Shown piece after piece: positions 41,801 through 53,585 of a stretch of DNA of 64,000 nt. Positions within the stretch are counted from its first letter, which is position 1. Each line of letters begins with the position of its first letter. The stretch spans positions 1 through 64,000 of the forward strand of contig CAWBCT010000005.1 in assembly GCA_963787445.1 (NCBI GenBank), read 5' to 3'. The notes under the pieces were generated by a model. The model did not search any database, was not told the origin of the DNA, and saw nothing but the letters and a program-made list of their open reading frames with translations. The position numbers and the translations under genes are program-made. The DNA comes from an uncultured archaeon. GTDB taxonomy: Archaea > Micrarchaeota > Micrarchaeia > Micrarchaeales > CABMGC01.

Positions 41801-41815
41801 GGTTATTACAGCCAT
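35860..41815 (-). CDS. Giant (~1,985 aa) secreted protein: RTX-like Gly/Asn beta-roll repeats, serralysin-like (M10) metalloprotease domain, ~1,200 aa of Thr-rich octapeptide repeats
   Basis: LGNGNN repeats, HEVGHVLGL, Met-turn TVMSY, DIALAQYLYG, GNDGDDVLTGGSGND, then (L-S/T-T-T-Q-I/L-x-x)n. One +1 indel near 36290; the true C-terminus is ORF 35860-36261. Confidence 0.88.
35863..39450 (-). repeat. Degenerate 24-bp (8-aa) coding tandem repeat array
   Basis: Recurrent + strand units such as ggtggtcagcgcggcgatctgcgt; protein units LTTTQIGG, LSTTALDA, LTATQLAA. Confidence 0.9.
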
Positions 41816-42237
41816 TAAACCGCCCAATCTCCCCTGCGCTCGGCCCGGGGATGCTGGGGTTCGCCCGCACCTCGGTCAATAGCCCGATATGAAGTATGGC
41901 GCGGCCGCACGTCAGTGATGGCCGGCCGCCGCGCCGCCGCAATGCCCGCACCTTTGCCGGGCGCCACGCACCGCCCGGTGCCGATTCCGGACCGGATTCC
42001 TCAATAATTCTTTAATTGCCGCCGCCGTGCGCCGCATCTTCGCGGCGGCGTCACAAATGCCTAAGCAAGAGGCATTCCGGCCGGGCGGCGGGCCGGGGCC
42101 GAATCCCGCGCGCCGAGCCCGACAAACCGATGACATCCGCCGCGAAATCTGCATTAGTTCCCGGGTGACCGCGCAAAGCGGCACGGCGACAAGAGGATGG
42201 CCGGACCGGCCGTCCACAGGGGTTCGGGGAGAGGTAT

Positions 42238-42993
42238 TTGGCGTCCGATCTCATTCTGGAGACCAGGGAGCTGACCAAGGAGTTCGGCGGTTTCGTCGCC
42301 GTCAACGGCGTCGATCTGCGGGTGCAGCGCGGCACCATCCATGCGCTGATCGGCCCCAACGGCGCCGGCAAGACCACCTGCTTCAACCTGCTGACCAAGT
42401 TCCTCAAGCCGTCGCGCGGGTCGATCGTCTATAACGGCCGCGAGATCACCGGAATCGCCCCGGCCGACGTGGCCCGGCTCGGCCTGGTGCGTTCGTTCCA
42501 GATTTCGGCGGTGTTTCCCCACCTGACCGTGCTTGAGAATGTCCGCGTGGCGCTGCAACGCCAGCGCGGCGGCTCGTTCGACTTCTGGCGCGGCGAGCGG
42601 GTGCTCGAGCGCTACCATACCAGGGCCGCCGAGCTGATCGAGGCGGTGGGCCTGGCCGACTATCTGCCGGTGCCGGCGGTGGAACTTTCATACGGGCGTA
42701 AACGGGCGCTGGAGATCGCCACCACCCTGGCACTGGAACCCGAGATGATGCTGCTCGACGAGCCGATGGCCGGCATCGGCCACGAGGATATCGACCGCAT
42801 CGCCCAATTGATCCGCCGCGCCGCGGCCGGGCGCACCGTGCTGATGGTGGAGCATAATCTCAGCGTGGTGGCCGACCTCAGCGACTATATTACCGTGATG
42901 GCGCGCGGCGAGATTCTGGCCGAGGGCGACTATGCCGCGGTGTCGTCGAACCCGGCGGTGATCCAGGCCTATATGGGGTCGGGTCATGCGTGA
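42238..42993 (+). CDS. livG: Branched-chain amino acid ABC transporter ATP-binding protein
   Basis: GPNGAGKTT, RSFQIS, LSYGRKRALEIA, LLDEP, VEHN. Confidence 0.92.
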   Translation: MASDLILETRELTKEFGGFVAVNGVDLRVQRGTIHALIGPNGAGKTTCFNLLTKFLKPSRGSIVYNGREITGIAPADVARLGLVRSFQISAVFPHLTVLENVRVALQRQRGGSFDFWRGERVLERYHTRAAELIEAVGLADYLPVPAVELSYGRKRALEIATTLALEPEMMLLDEPMAGIGHEDIDRIAQLIRRAAAGRTVLMVEHNLSVVADLSDYITVMARGEILAEGDYAAVSSNPAVIQAYMGSGHA

Positions 42994-43729
42994 GGCGGCG
43001 ATGACGCGCGAAGCGGCCGAGGCGGCCCAGGCGCCGCTGCTGGCGGTGCGCGGATTGCAGGCCTGGTACGGCGAGTCGCACATCCTGCAGGGCGTCGACC
43101 TCGATGTCGCCACCGGCGAGGTGGTGACGCTGCTGGGCCGCAACGGCGCGGGCAAGACCACAACCATGAAATCGATCATGGGCATGATCGAGAAGCGCTC
43201 GGGCTCGGTGAATTTCGCCGGGGTCGAGACCATCGGCCTGCCCTCGAACCGCATCGCCCGGCTGGGCGTCGCCATCTGCCCCGAGGAGCGCGGCATCTTC
43301 GCCAGCCTGAATGTGCGCGAGAATCTGGTGCTGCCGCCGGTGGTGCGCCCCGGCGGGGTGGAGGTGGAGCGCATCTTCACGCTGTTTCCCAACCTGCGCG
43401 AGCGGTTGAGCAGTCAGGGCACCAAGCTTTCCGGCGGCGAGCAGCAGATGCTGGCGATCGCGCGGATCATGCGCACCGGGGCGCGGCTGCTGCTGCTCGA
43501 CGAGCCGACCGAGGGCCTGGCCCCGGTGATCATCGAGCAGATCGGCCACACCGTGCGCGAACTCAAGCAGATCGGCTTCACCGTGCTGCTGGTGGAACAG
43601 AATTTCCGCTTCGGCGCCACGGTGGCCGACCGCCACTATGTGATGGAGCGCGGCCGCATCGTCGACATGATTCCCAACGACGTGCTCGATAAGAACATGG
43701 ACAAGCTGCATGACTATCTTGGCGTTTGA
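42986..43729 (+). CDS. livF: Branched-chain amino acid ABC transporter ATP-binding protein
   Basis: GRNGAGKTT, LSGGEQQMLAIAR, LLDEPTEGLAP, VEQN. Confidence 0.92.
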   Translation: MREAAMTREAAEAAQAPLLAVRGLQAWYGESHILQGVDLDVATGEVVTLLGRNGAGKTTTMKSIMGMIEKRSGSVNFAGVETIGLPSNRIARLGVAICPEERGIFASLNVRENLVLPPVVRPGGVEVERIFTLFPNLRERLSSQGTKLSGGEQQMLAIARIMRTGARLLLLDEPTEGLAPVIIEQIGHTVRELKQIGFTVLLVEQNFRFGATVADRHYVMERGRIVDMIPNDVLDKNMDKLHDYLGV

Positions 43730-43755
43730 AATCATCGCTTCATAGGGAGGACACA

Positions 43756-44958
43756 ATGAAGATGAGAACAGTGGTTTGCTCGGCGGCGGCCATTTTCGCC
43801 GCCATGACCGCCTCGGCCTTCGCCGCCGACGATACCGTGGTGATCGGCGACATCGACGACCTGTCGGGCGTCTATGCCGACGTGATCGGCCAGGGCGGCA
43901 TCGAGGCCGCCAACATGGCGATCGCCGATTTCGGCGGCTCAGTGCTGGGCAAGAAGATCACGTTCCTGTCCGCCGACCACCAGAACAAGCCCGATATCGG
44001 CGCCTCGAAGTTCCGCGAATGGGCCGACCAGAATCACGTGAACATGATCCTGGGCGGGTCGAATTCCGGCGTGTCGATCGCCATGTCGAAGGTGGCGGCG
44101 GAAAAGAAGGTGCCGTTCATCGCCATCGGCGCGGCGGGCGCCTCGCTGACCAACGCCGACTGCACCGCCTATTCGATCCATTACGGCTACGACACCGTCG
44201 CGCTGGCCAACGGCACCGCTTCGACGATCGTTCAGGGCGGCGGCAAGAAGTGGTTCTTCCTGACCGCCGACTATGCCTTCGGCACGCAGTTGCAGGACGC
44301 CTCGAGCAAGGTGGTGCTGGCCAATGGCGGCCAGGTGATAGGATCGGTGCGCGTGCCGCTGGCGGCGTCGGACTTCTCGTCGTTCCTGCTCCAGGCGCAG
44401 TCCTCGGGCGCCGACGTGCTCGGCCTCGCCAATGCCGGCGCCGACACCCAGAACTCGCTCAAGGCGGCGCAGGAATTCGGCCTGACCAAGACGATGAAAC
44501 CGGCCGCGCTGCTGGCCTTCCTCACCGACATCCACAGCGTCGGGATCAAGGCGGCGCAGGGCCTGATCCTGACCGACGCCTGGTATTGGGACGGCACCGA
44601 CGACAGCCGCGCCTGGGCGAAGCGGTTTTTCGACAAGATGAAGAAGGAGCCGACCTGGAACCAGGCCGCCTATTATTCGGCCACCCTGCACTTCCTGAAC
44701 GCCGTCAAGGAAGTGGGCTCGACCGACCCCGACAAGGTGATGGCGCAGATGAAGGCGGACAAGGTGAACGACATGTTCGCCAAGGGCGGCTACATTCGCG
44801 CCGACGGGCTGTTGGTGCACGACATGACCGTGATGCAGGTGAAGACGCCCGCCGAGTCGAAGGGCGAATGGGATCTCTACAAGCCGCTCAAGGTGATCAA
44901 GGGCGAGGACGCCTACGGGCCGATCACCGGCCTTTGCCCCTTGGCCCCGAAGACCTGA
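43756..44958 (+). CDS. ABC transporter substrate-binding protein (LivJ-like)
   Basis: Signal peptide, ADHQNKPD, WFFLTADYAFG, SDFSSFLLQAQSSG. SD GGGAGG. Confidence 0.93.
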   Translation: MKMRTVVCSAAAIFAAMTASAFAADDTVVIGDIDDLSGVYADVIGQGGIEAANMAIADFGGSVLGKKITFLSADHQNKPDIGASKFREWADQNHVNMILGGSNSGVSIAMSKVAAEKKVPFIAIGAAGASLTNADCTAYSIHYGYDTVALANGTASTIVQGGGKKWFFLTADYAFGTQLQDASSKVVLANGGQVIGSVRVPLAASDFSSFLLQAQSSGADVLGLANAGADTQNSLKAAQEFGLTKTMKPAALLAFLTDIHSVGIKAAQGLILTDAWYWDGTDDSRAWAKRFFDKMKKEPTWNQAAYYSATLHFLNAVKEVGSTDPDKVMAQMKADKVNDMFAKGGYIRADGLLVHDMTVMQVKTPAESKGEWDLYKPLKVIKGEDAYGPITGLCPLAPKT

Positions 44959-44965
44959 CGACGAT

Positions 44966-44993
44966 GCGCCCCGGCCCCCAACCGGGGCGCTTT
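44966..44993 (+). terminator. Stem-loop after the binding-protein gene
   Basis: gcgccccgg-N7-ccggggcgc followed by ttt. Confidence 0.65.
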
Positions 44994-45024
44994 CGCGCGT
45001 GCATGCAAAACGCGGTAACAGAAA

Positions 45025-45148
45025 CTCCCTCTCCGCCCTTGAGGGGGGAGAGGGCCGGGGTGAGGTGGGTCGAGGAGCCGCACCTCACCCTTCCCACGGC
45101 TTCGCCGCGGGCCCCTTCCCTCTCCCCGCTGCCGCGCGGAGAGGGGGC
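45025..45148. repeat. Alphaproteobacterial-type intergenic palindromic (REP-like) element
   Basis: ctccctctccgcccttgaggggggagagggccggggtgaggtggg ... cacctcaccc ... ccctctccccgctgccgcgcggagagggg. Confidence 0.75.
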
Positions 45149-45157
45149 ACTCACCCG

Positions 45158-46042
45158 ATGACCGAAATCTTCGGCATTCCCCTGGTCGCCATCCTCGGCC
45201 AGCTCATGCTCGGGCTGGTCAATGGTTCGTTCTACGCCCTGCTCAGCCTCGGCCTGGCGGTAATCTTCGGGCTGATGGGGGTGGTGAATTTCGCCCATGG
45301 TGCGTTCTACACGCTGGGCGCCTTCGCCGCCGCGGTGGGGCTGTCGTGGCTGGGCATCGGCTATTGGCCGGCGCTGATCCTGGCGCCGCTCGCCGTGGCG
45401 GTGGTCGGCATCGTCGCCGAGCGGCTGCTGCTGCGCCATCTCTACCGGCTCGATCCGCTCTACGGGCTGCTGCTCACCTTCGGCCTGGCCTTGATGGCGG
45501 AGGGGTTGCTGTTCGAGTATTTCGGCTCCTCGGGACAGAGCTATCCGGTGCCCGAGGCGCTGCAGGGTGCCTGGAATCTCGGATTCATGATTCTGCCGAT
45601 CTATCGCGGCTGGGTGATCCTGGCCTCGGTGGTGGTGTGCTTCGCCACCTGGTTCCTGATCGAGCGCACGCGGCTGGGCGCCACCCTGCGCGCCGCCACC
45701 GAGAACGCGCCGCTGCTCCAGGCCTTCGGCATCAACGTGCCGCTGATCGTCGCCGCGACCTACGGCACCGGCGTGGCGCTGGCGGCCTTCGCCGGCGTGC
45801 TGTCGGCCCCGGTGATCCAGGTCAGCCCGCAGATGGGCCAGTCGGTGGTGATCGTGGTGTTCGCCGTGGTGGTGATCGGCGGCATGGGCTCGATCCTCGG
45901 CTCGATCGTCACCGGGCTGGCGCTCGGCCTGGTCGAGGGCCTGACCAAGGTGATCTATCCCGAGGCCTCCAACATCGTGGTGTTCGTGATCATGGCGCTG
46001 GTTCTCGTGTTTCGCCCCGCCGGCCTGTTCGGCAGGAGCTGA
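45158..46042 (+). CDS. livH: Branched-chain amino acid ABC permease
   Basis: GSFYALLSLGLAVIFG..GVVNFAHG, TRLGATLRA, VVVIGGMGS, RPAGLFG. Confidence 0.92.
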   Translation: MTEIFGIPLVAILGQLMLGLVNGSFYALLSLGLAVIFGLMGVVNFAHGAFYTLGAFAAAVGLSWLGIGYWPALILAPLAVAVVGIVAERLLLRHLYRLDPLYGLLLTFGLALMAEGLLFEYFGSSGQSYPVPEALQGAWNLGFMILPIYRGWVILASVVVCFATWFLIERTRLGATLRAATENAPLLQAFGINVPLIVAATYGTGVALAAFAGVLSAPVIQVSPQMGQSVVIVVFAVVVIGGMGSILGSIVTGLALGLVEGLTKVIYPEASNIVVFVIMALVLVFRPAGLFGRS

Positions 46043-46045
46043 GCC

Positions 46046-46975
46046 GTGCGCGCCACCCGGCTCTTCTATCTGGCCTGCGCCGTTTTCGGGCTCGCGGTGC
46101 CCGTTCTCGGCATCTATCCGGTGTTCATGATGCAGCTCCTGTGCTTCGCCATGTTCGCCTGCGCCTTCAATCTGCTGCTCGGCTATAGCGGCATGCTGTC
46201 CTTCGGCCATGCCGCGTTCTTCGGCGCGGCGGCCTATGCCACGAGCTGGCTGGTGACGGCGCATGGCTGGGGCAGCCTCGAAGCGGTGGTCGCCGGCATC
46301 GCGGTATCGACCCTGCTCGGGCTGGTGATCGGCGCGCTGGCGATTCGCCGGCACGGCATCTATTTCGCGATGATCACGCTGGCGCTGTCGCAGCTGGTCT
46401 ATTTCGTCTGCCTCGAGGCGCCCTTCACCGGCGGCGAGAACGGCATCCAGGGCGTGCCGCGCGGCACCGTGCTGGGCATCCTGTCGCTGCGCAACGATGT
46501 CGCGATGTATTATGTCGTGCTGGCGGTCTTCGTCGCGGTGTTCCTGTTCATCCGCCGCATCGTGCATTCTCCCTTCGGCCAAGTGCTGAAGGCGATCCGC
46601 GACAACGAGCCGCGCGCGGTTTCGCTCGGCTACCGCATCAACCGCTACAAGCTGCTCGCCTTCGTGCTGTCCGCCGCCCTGTCCGGCCTGGCCGGATCGC
46701 TCAAGGCCCTGGTGCTCGGCTTCGCCACGCTGTCCGACGTGCTGCAATCGACCTCGGGACTGGTGATGCTGATGGCGCTGCTCGGCGGCACCGGCACCTT
46801 CTTCGGGCCGGTGATCGGCGCCGCCGTGATCGTCACCCTGCAGGAATATCTGTCCGACCGGGTGGGCGGCTGGGTCACGGTGATCATCGGCGCCATCTTC
46901 GTCGCCTGCGTCATGTCGTTCCGGCGCGGCGTCGTCGGCGAATTGTCGGCCTGGCTGCGGCGCAAGCCAGTTTAA
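46046..46975 (+). CDS. livM: Branched-chain amino acid ABC permease
   Basis: NLLLGYSGMLSFGHAAFFG, GIYFAMITLA, TGGENGI, SPFGQVLKAIRDNE. Confidence 0.92.
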   Translation: MRATRLFYLACAVFGLAVPVLGIYPVFMMQLLCFAMFACAFNLLLGYSGMLSFGHAAFFGAAAYATSWLVTAHGWGSLEAVVAGIAVSTLLGLVIGALAIRRHGIYFAMITLALSQLVYFVCLEAPFTGGENGIQGVPRGTVLGILSLRNDVAMYYVVLAVFVAVFLFIRRIVHSPFGQVLKAIRDNEPRAVSLGYRINRYKLLAFVLSAALSGLAGSLKALVLGFATLSDVLQSTSGLVMLMALLGGTGTFFGPVIGAAVIVTLQEYLSDRVGGWVTVIIGAIFVACVMSFRRGVVGELSAWLRRKPV

Positions 46976-46993
46976 GGCGCGGGCCGGGCCCGG

Positions 46994-47836
46994 TCAGATC
47001 CGCAACAGGGTCGGCTGCCGGTTCTCCAGGATATCGGTCATCCGCACCTTGATCCCGGGCAGCGAATCGGCGTGCGTGATGATATAGAAATCGCCGTTGC
47101 CGACCGCGGCGAACACGGCATCCGCGACCTCCCGCGGCGACTTGCCGGATTCGACCGCGCGGTGGACCGCCTCGGCGGTTTTGATCGTTCGGGCATCGAG
47201 CGTCTTGACATCGGTCCGCTCGGCCGGCGGGCGATTGCGCTCGGAGAGCGTGATCCGCGTCTTGACCCAGCCCGGGCAGAGCACCGATACCCCGATCCGG
47301 GCGTGGCGCAGCGCGAGATCGTGGTGCAGCCCCTCCGACACCGTGACCACCGCGAACTTGCTGGCATTGTAGGCGGCCAGGCCCGGCACCGAGAGCATCC
47401 CGGCGATCGAGGCGGTGTTGACGATGTGGCCCTCCTCGGCCCGCTCGATCATCCGCGGCACGAAGGCGCGAAGTCCGTTGGTGACGCCGTAGAGGTTGAC
47501 GCCCATCACCCAGTCCCAGTCGCGCTGGCTGGTCTCCCAGGCCGGCTTTCCCAGGGCCACGCCGGCATTGTTGACGAGCAAGTGGACGTTGCCGAAGGCG
47601 GCGAAGGCGGCATCGGCCAGTGCGTCGACCTCGCCCTCCTTGGCCACGTCGACCCGCCGCCCGATCGCCGTCGCGCCCTTGCCGGCGAATTCGCGCACGG
47701 TGGCGTCGAGCAGTTCGGCGTTGATGTCGGCGAGGACGAGCTTCATCCCCTCCTCGGCCGCGCGACTGGCGATGGCCTTGCCGATGCCCTCGGCCGCCCC
47801 GGTGATCACCGCGGTTTTCCCCGCGAAATCCTTCAT
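46994..47836 (-). CDS. Short-chain dehydrogenase/reductase
   Basis: TGAAEGIG, NNAG, NTAS, YNASK. Confidence 0.95.
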   Translation of the reverse strand: MKDFAGKTAVITGAAEGIGKAIASRAAEEGMKLVLADINAELLDATVREFAGKGATAIGRRVDVAKEGEVDALADAAFAAFGNVHLLVNNAGVALGKPAWETSQRDWDWVMGVNLYGVTNGLRAFVPRMIERAEEGHIVNTASIAGMLSVPGLAAYNASKFAVVTVSEGLHHDLALRHARIGVSVLCPGWVKTRITLSERNRPPAERTDVKTLDARTIKTAEAVHRAVESGKSPREVADAVFAAVGNGDFYIITHADSLPGIKVRMTDILENRQPTLLRI

Positions 47837-47858
47837 GGCCGCTCCTCCCCTGAACTGT

Positions 47859-48845
<987 letters not shown>

Positions 48846-48849
<4 letters not shown>

Positions 48850-49819
48850 CCCGGGGTTCCGCTTGCAATGGGATAGTGGCAGCGCACCCAGACACCGTCC
48901 AGTCGACGCAGCTCGGGACCCTCGATGCGGCAGCGCCCGTCAGCGAACCGGCAACGGGGATGGAACAGGCAGCCGGTCGGCCGGTCGTCGAGGCCGGGGA
49001 CCATGCCCGGAATGGTGGGCAGCCGCGCCGCGCCGGGGCTGCGCTCGGGCAACGCATCGAGCAGCGCCGCCGTGTAGGGATGGTGCGGCGCCGCGAACAG
49101 CGCTTCGGCCGGCTGTTCCTCGACGATCTGGCCGGCATACATCACCAGCACGCGTTGCGCGGTCTCGGCGACCACCCCCATATCGTGGGTGATCAACGCC
49201 AGGGCCATGCCGCGCTCGCGCTGCAATTTCAGCAACAGGTCGAGAATCTGGGCCTGAACCGTGACGTCGAGCGCGGTGGTCGGCTCGTCGGCCAACAGCA
49301 GCCGCGGATTGCCGGCCAAGGCCATCGCGATCATCACGCGCTGGTTCATGCCGCCGGAAAGTTGATGCGGATAGGAGTCGATCCGGCTTTCGGGCGCAGG
49401 AATGCCGACCTGTTCGAGCAGCTCGATGGCGTGATGCCGCCGGTCGCGCCGCGAGTCCCGGCATGGGTTTCGATCGCCTCGATGATCTGATAGCCCACCG
49501 TGAAGCAGGGATTGAGGCTGGTCATCGGCTCCTGGAAAATCATCGCCACGTCCTTGCCGACGAGGCGGCGCCGCTCGCGCGCGCTCATTTTCAGCAGGTC
49601 ATGGCCGTCGAAGCGCAGTTTTCGGGCCGTTACCGTGCCCGGCTCGGCGACCAGGCCCATCAGCGCCAGCATCGACACGCTCTTGCCGGAGCCCGACTCC
49701 CCGACGATGCCGAGAACCTCGCCCGCCTCGATCGAGAACGACATGCCGTCGACCGCCCGCAAATGACCGCGCGCGGTGGCGAAGGAGACGGAGAGATCCT
49801 CGATCTCGAGCAGGGCCAT
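48846..49819 (-). CDS. dppD: Dipeptide ABC transporter ATP-binding subunit; frameshifted near 49430-49460
   Basis: [19 protein letters not shown], then [14 protein letters not shown]...[11 protein letters not shown] in another frame. Confidence 0.92.
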
Positions 49820-50727
49820 CAGCGCTTCAATCGCGGATCGAGCGCGTCGCGCAGCCCGTCGCCCATCAGGTTGAAGGCCAGCACGGTGACCAGAATGGCG
49901 AGGCCGGGAAAGGTCACCACCCACCAGGCGCGCAACATGAGATCGCGCGCGTCGGCCAGCATGGTGCCCCATTCCGGCGTCGGCGGTTGGGCGCCCAGGC
50001 TGAGAAAGCCCAGCGCCGCGGCGTCGAGGATGGCGGTCGAGAAGGATAGCGTCGCCTGCACGATGATCGGCGCCATGCAGTTGGGCAGCACGGTCACCAG
50101 CATCAGGCGCAGCGTGCCGGCGCCGTTGACGCGCGAGGCGGTCACGTAGTCCTTGCCGAGTTCGCCGAGCACGGTGGCCCGCGTGACACGGACGAAGGAC
50201 GGCAGATAGGTGATCGAGACCGCGATCATGGCGTTGATCAGGCCCGGCCCGAGGATGGCCACGAGGACGATCGCCAGCAACAGACTCGGCATCGTCAGCA
50301 CGATGTCCATCAGGCGCATGATCAGAATTCCGACCGCGCCCCGGAAGAAGCCGGCGACAAGGCCCAGCGCGACACCGACGGTGCCCGAGATCGCCACCAC
50401 GATGCAGCCGATCAACAGCGAGAAACGCGTGCCGTGGATCAGGCGCGACAGCATGTCGCGTCCGATGGCATCGGTACCAAGGAGGTAGGTCCAACTGCCG
50501 CCCTGCTGCCACACCGGCGGCCGGAGGAAGGCCTTGGAGCTGGATGCGATCGGCGAGTGCGGTGAGACCAGGTCGGCCAGGATGGCCAGCAGCACGATGA
50601 CGACGATCACGACGAGTTCGCCCACCGCGCCGCGATTGGCCGAGAAGTAGCGCCAGAATTCGTGCATCGGGTGTTCGGGCGCGGCGGCACCGCCGGTTTC
50701 GAGCGCCTCTGCCTCGGCCAAGCTCAT
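49819..50727 (-). CDS. dppC: Dipeptide ABC permease
   Basis: [46 protein letters not shown]. Confidence 0.95.
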   Translation of the reverse strand: MSLAEAEALETGGAAAPEHPMHEFWRYFSANRGAVGELVVIVVIVLLAILADLVSPHSPIASSSKAFLRPPVWQQGGSWTYLLGTDAIGRDMLSRLIHGTRFSLLIGCIVVAISGTVGVALGLVAGFFRGAVGILIMRLMDIVLTMPSLLLAIVLVAILGPGLINAMIAVSITYLPSFVRVTRATVLGELGKDYVTASRVNGAGTLRLMLVTVLPNCMAPIIVQATLSFSTAILDAAALGFLSLGAQPPTPEWGTMLADARDLMLRAWWVVTFPGLAILVTVLAFNLMGDGLRDALDPRLKR

Positions 50728-51737
50728 GCCCGCCGGTACCTGATGCGCGGGTTGATCAGTCCATAGAGCAGGTCGACCGCCAGGTTGATGATCATCACCA
50801 GGGTTCCGATCAGCAGCATGCCGCCCTGCAGCACCGGATAGTCGCGCCGGAAAATCGAATCGACCAGCCACTTGCCGACGCCCGGCCAGGAGAAAACCGT
50901 CTCGGTCAGAATTGCGCCGGCGAAGAGATAGCCGATCTGCAACCCGATCACCGTGACCACCGGAATCAAAGCGTTACGCAGGGCGTGGACACCGATCACC
51001 CGGACCGGTACCAAGCCCTTGGCGCGCGCGGTGCGGATATAGTCCTCGCCCAGGACTTCGAGCATCGCCGAGCGGGTCATCCGTGCGATCACCGCGAGCG
51101 GGATCGTGCCGAGCACGATCGCCGGCAATACCAGATGGCCAAGGGTGGACATGAAGGCGTCGCTGTCGCCCGCCAGCAGCGCGTCGATCAGCAGGAACCC
51201 GGTCACGGGCTCGATGTCGAAGGCGACGTCGATCCGCCCCGAAACCGGCGTCCAACCCAGGGTATTGGAGAAGAGCAGAATGAGCAGCAGGCCCCACCAG
51301 AAGATCGGCATCGAATAGCCGGCCAAGGATACGCCCATCACGCCGTGATCGAGGATCGTATTGCGGCGAACGGCGGCGAGGATTCCGGCGGGCAGCCCAA
51401 CCAGCACGGCGAACAGCATCGCCGCGAGCGAGAGTTCGACGGTGGCTGGGAACAGCGCGCCGAATTCGTCGAGCACCGGAACATGGGTAATCAGCGAGCG
51501 GCCGAGATCGCCGTCGAGCACGTGCCCGACATAGCGCAGATACTGGATCGAGAGCGGCCGGTCGAGCCCGTAGGAATGCAAGAGCTCGGCGTGACGCTCC
51601 GGCGAAACCGCATACTCGCCGGCCATCACCTGGATCGGATCGCCGGGCACCGCATGGACGAGAATGAAGGCCAGCAAGGTAATGCCGATGAAGGTCGGGA
51701 CTACTAGGCTCGCCCGGGTTAGGAGGAAGCGAAACAT
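50724..51737 (-). CDS. dppB: Dipeptide ABC permease
   Basis: [43 protein letters not shown]. Confidence 0.95.
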   Translation of the reverse strand: MFRFLLTRASLVVPTFIGITLLAFILVHAVPGDPIQVMAGEYAVSPERHAELLHSYGLDRPLSIQYLRYVGHVLDGDLGRSLITHVPVLDEFGALFPATVELSLAAMLFAVLVGLPAGILAAVRRNTILDHGVMGVSLAGYSMPIFWWGLLLILLFSNTLGWTPVSGRIDVAFDIEPVTGFLLIDALLAGDSDAFMSTLGHLVLPAIVLGTIPLAVIARMTRSAMLEVLGEDYIRTARAKGLVPVRVIGVHALRNALIPVVTVIGLQIGYLFAGAILTETVFSWPGVGKWLVDSIFRRDYPVLQGGMLLIGTLVMIINLAVDLLYGLINPRIRYRRA

Positions 51738-51815
51738 CGCGACCGTGAATGCGCCTCCGGCGGAGGGCGCGCGCCGCTCCGCCGGATCGCCGATTGAATC
51801 ACCGGGACGGTCCGG

Positions 51816-53414
51816 TCAATTCTTGTCCACTTCCGAGAAATCGTGGTAGCCGAGCGGGCTCAGCTTGAACCCGGTGACGCCCTTGCGCATCGCCGCCACC
51901 TGAAGGCTGTGGGCGATGGTGAACCACGGCAAGTCCTCCTTGAACACCACCTGCGCCTTTTGATAGAGCTCGGTCCGCTTTTTCGGATCGGTGGTGCGCT
52001 GCGCCTCGGCGACCAGGTCGTCGAAGGATTTGAAGCACCAGCGCGCCACGTTATTGCCGCCGACCTTGGCCGCGGCGCAGCCCAGCAAGGTGTTCATGAA
52101 ATTGTCGGGATCGCCGTTGTCGCCGGTCCAGCCGAACTGCATCAGCATCGGATCGCCGGCCTGGAGCCGCTTGCGGTATTCGCCCCATTCGTAGGTGACC
52201 AGCTTGGCGGTGATCCCCACCTTGGCGAGATCGGCCTGCATCAACTCGCCGATCCGCTTGCCGTTGGGGTTGTAGGGGCGCTGCACCGGCATGTACCAGA
52301 GGTCGGTCTCGAAACCGTTGGCGAGGCCCGCGTCGGCGAGCAGCTTCTTGGCGCCTTCGGGATCGTAGGCGTAGTCCTTCACCGCGTCGTTGTAGGACCA
52401 CATCGACGGCGGAATCGGGTTCTTGGCCGGAATGCCGATGCCGAGATAGACGGCGTCGACGATCGCCTTCTTGTCGATCGCCATGTCCACCGCGCGGCGT
52501 ACGCGAATATCGTCGTAAGGCTTCTTCGTGGTGTTGAAGGCGAGATAGGCGACGTTGAGGCCCGCCTGATCGACCACGGTGAGGTTGGGATCGGATTTCA
52601 TCGCGGGGATGTCGGCCGGCGCCGGATAGGGCATCAGGTCGCATTCGCCCGCTTTCAACTTGGCGAATCGCACCGAGGCGTCCTGGGTGATCGCGAAGAC
52701 CAGCGAGTCGATCTTCACCTTGCCCTTATAGAAGGTGGGGTTGGCCTTGTAGCGGATCACCGCGTCCTTCTGATAGCTTTCGAGCACGAACGGGCCGGTG
52801 CCGACCGGCTCCTGGTCGACCTTTTCGGGCGTGCCCGCCTTCAACATCGCGTCGGCATATTCCTTGGATTCGATCGAGGCGAAATCCATCGCCAGATTGG
52901 CGAGAAACGGCGCGTTCGGGGCGTTGAGCACGAAACGGACGGTGTGGTCATCGACCTTTTCCAGCGATTTCAGCGAACTCGGCATATCCATGTCGTTGAA
53001 ATAGGAATGGTTGTCGCTGGTAACCTTGAAATAGGCGTTATCGGTCTTCCATTGCCGTTCGAAGCTGAAGATCACGTCGTCGGCGTCGAAGTCGCGGGTC
53101 GGCGCGAAGCCCTTGGTGGTCTGCCACTTGACGCCGTCGCGCAGATGGAAGGTGTAGGTCAGGCCGTCAGGCGTGACGTCCCAACTGGTGGCCAGCCCCG
53201 GCTCGACCTCGGTGGTGCCGAGCTTGAATTCGACGAGGCGGCTGTAAATCTGGCGCGACGAGGCGTCGAACGAGGTGCCCGTCGTGTTGATCGCGGGATA
53301 GAAATTCTCCGGGCTGCCCTCGGAGCAATAGACGAAAGTCTTCGCCTGTCCGGTGGCGGACAAACCTAAAGCCACCGCCAGTCCGATCCCGGCGGCCCAT
53401 CCATAATTTCTCAT
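51816..53414 (-). CDS. dppA: Dipeptide ABC substrate-binding protein
   Basis: KTFVYCSEGSPE, PVGTGPF, MPVQRPYNPN, GWTGDNGDPDNF. ATG at 53414. Confidence 0.95.
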   Translation of the reverse strand: MRNYGWAAGIGLAVALGLSATGQAKTFVYCSEGSPENFYPAINTTGTSFDASSRQIYSRLVEFKLGTTEVEPGLATSWDVTPDGLTYTFHLRDGVKWQTTKGFAPTRDFDADDVIFSFERQWKTDNAYFKVTSDNHSYFNDMDMPSSLKSLEKVDDHTVRFVLNAPNAPFLANLAMDFASIESKEYADAMLKAGTPEKVDQEPVGTGPFVLESYQKDAVIRYKANPTFYKGKVKIDSLVFAITQDASVRFAKLKAGECDLMPYPAPADIPAMKSDPNLTVVDQAGLNVAYLAFNTTKKPYDDIRVRRAVDMAIDKKAIVDAVYLGIGIPAKNPIPPSMWSYNDAVKDYAYDPEGAKKLLADAGLANGFETDLWYMPVQRPYNPNGKRIGELMQADLAKVGITAKLVTYEWGEYRKRLQAGDPMLMQFGWTGDNGDPDNFMNTLLGCAAAKVGGNNVARWCFKSFDDLVAEAQRTTDPKKRTELYQKAQVVFKEDLPWFTIAHSLQVAAMRKGVTGFKLSPLGYHDFSEVDKN

Positions 53415-53585
53415 GATCGATCTCCCCGACATGCACGGTTCCGCCGGCAAGGCAACGCCCGGGCCGCGAGGGCCCGTCATCCATTTGACGGAAAAAGGCA
53501 TATTTGCCGCCGATGAGGTTAGCACCCGGATTGTATGGGTGCAATGCGGTGCAGCTTGGGCGAACCGCCTAGCGCGGCTAAGCCG

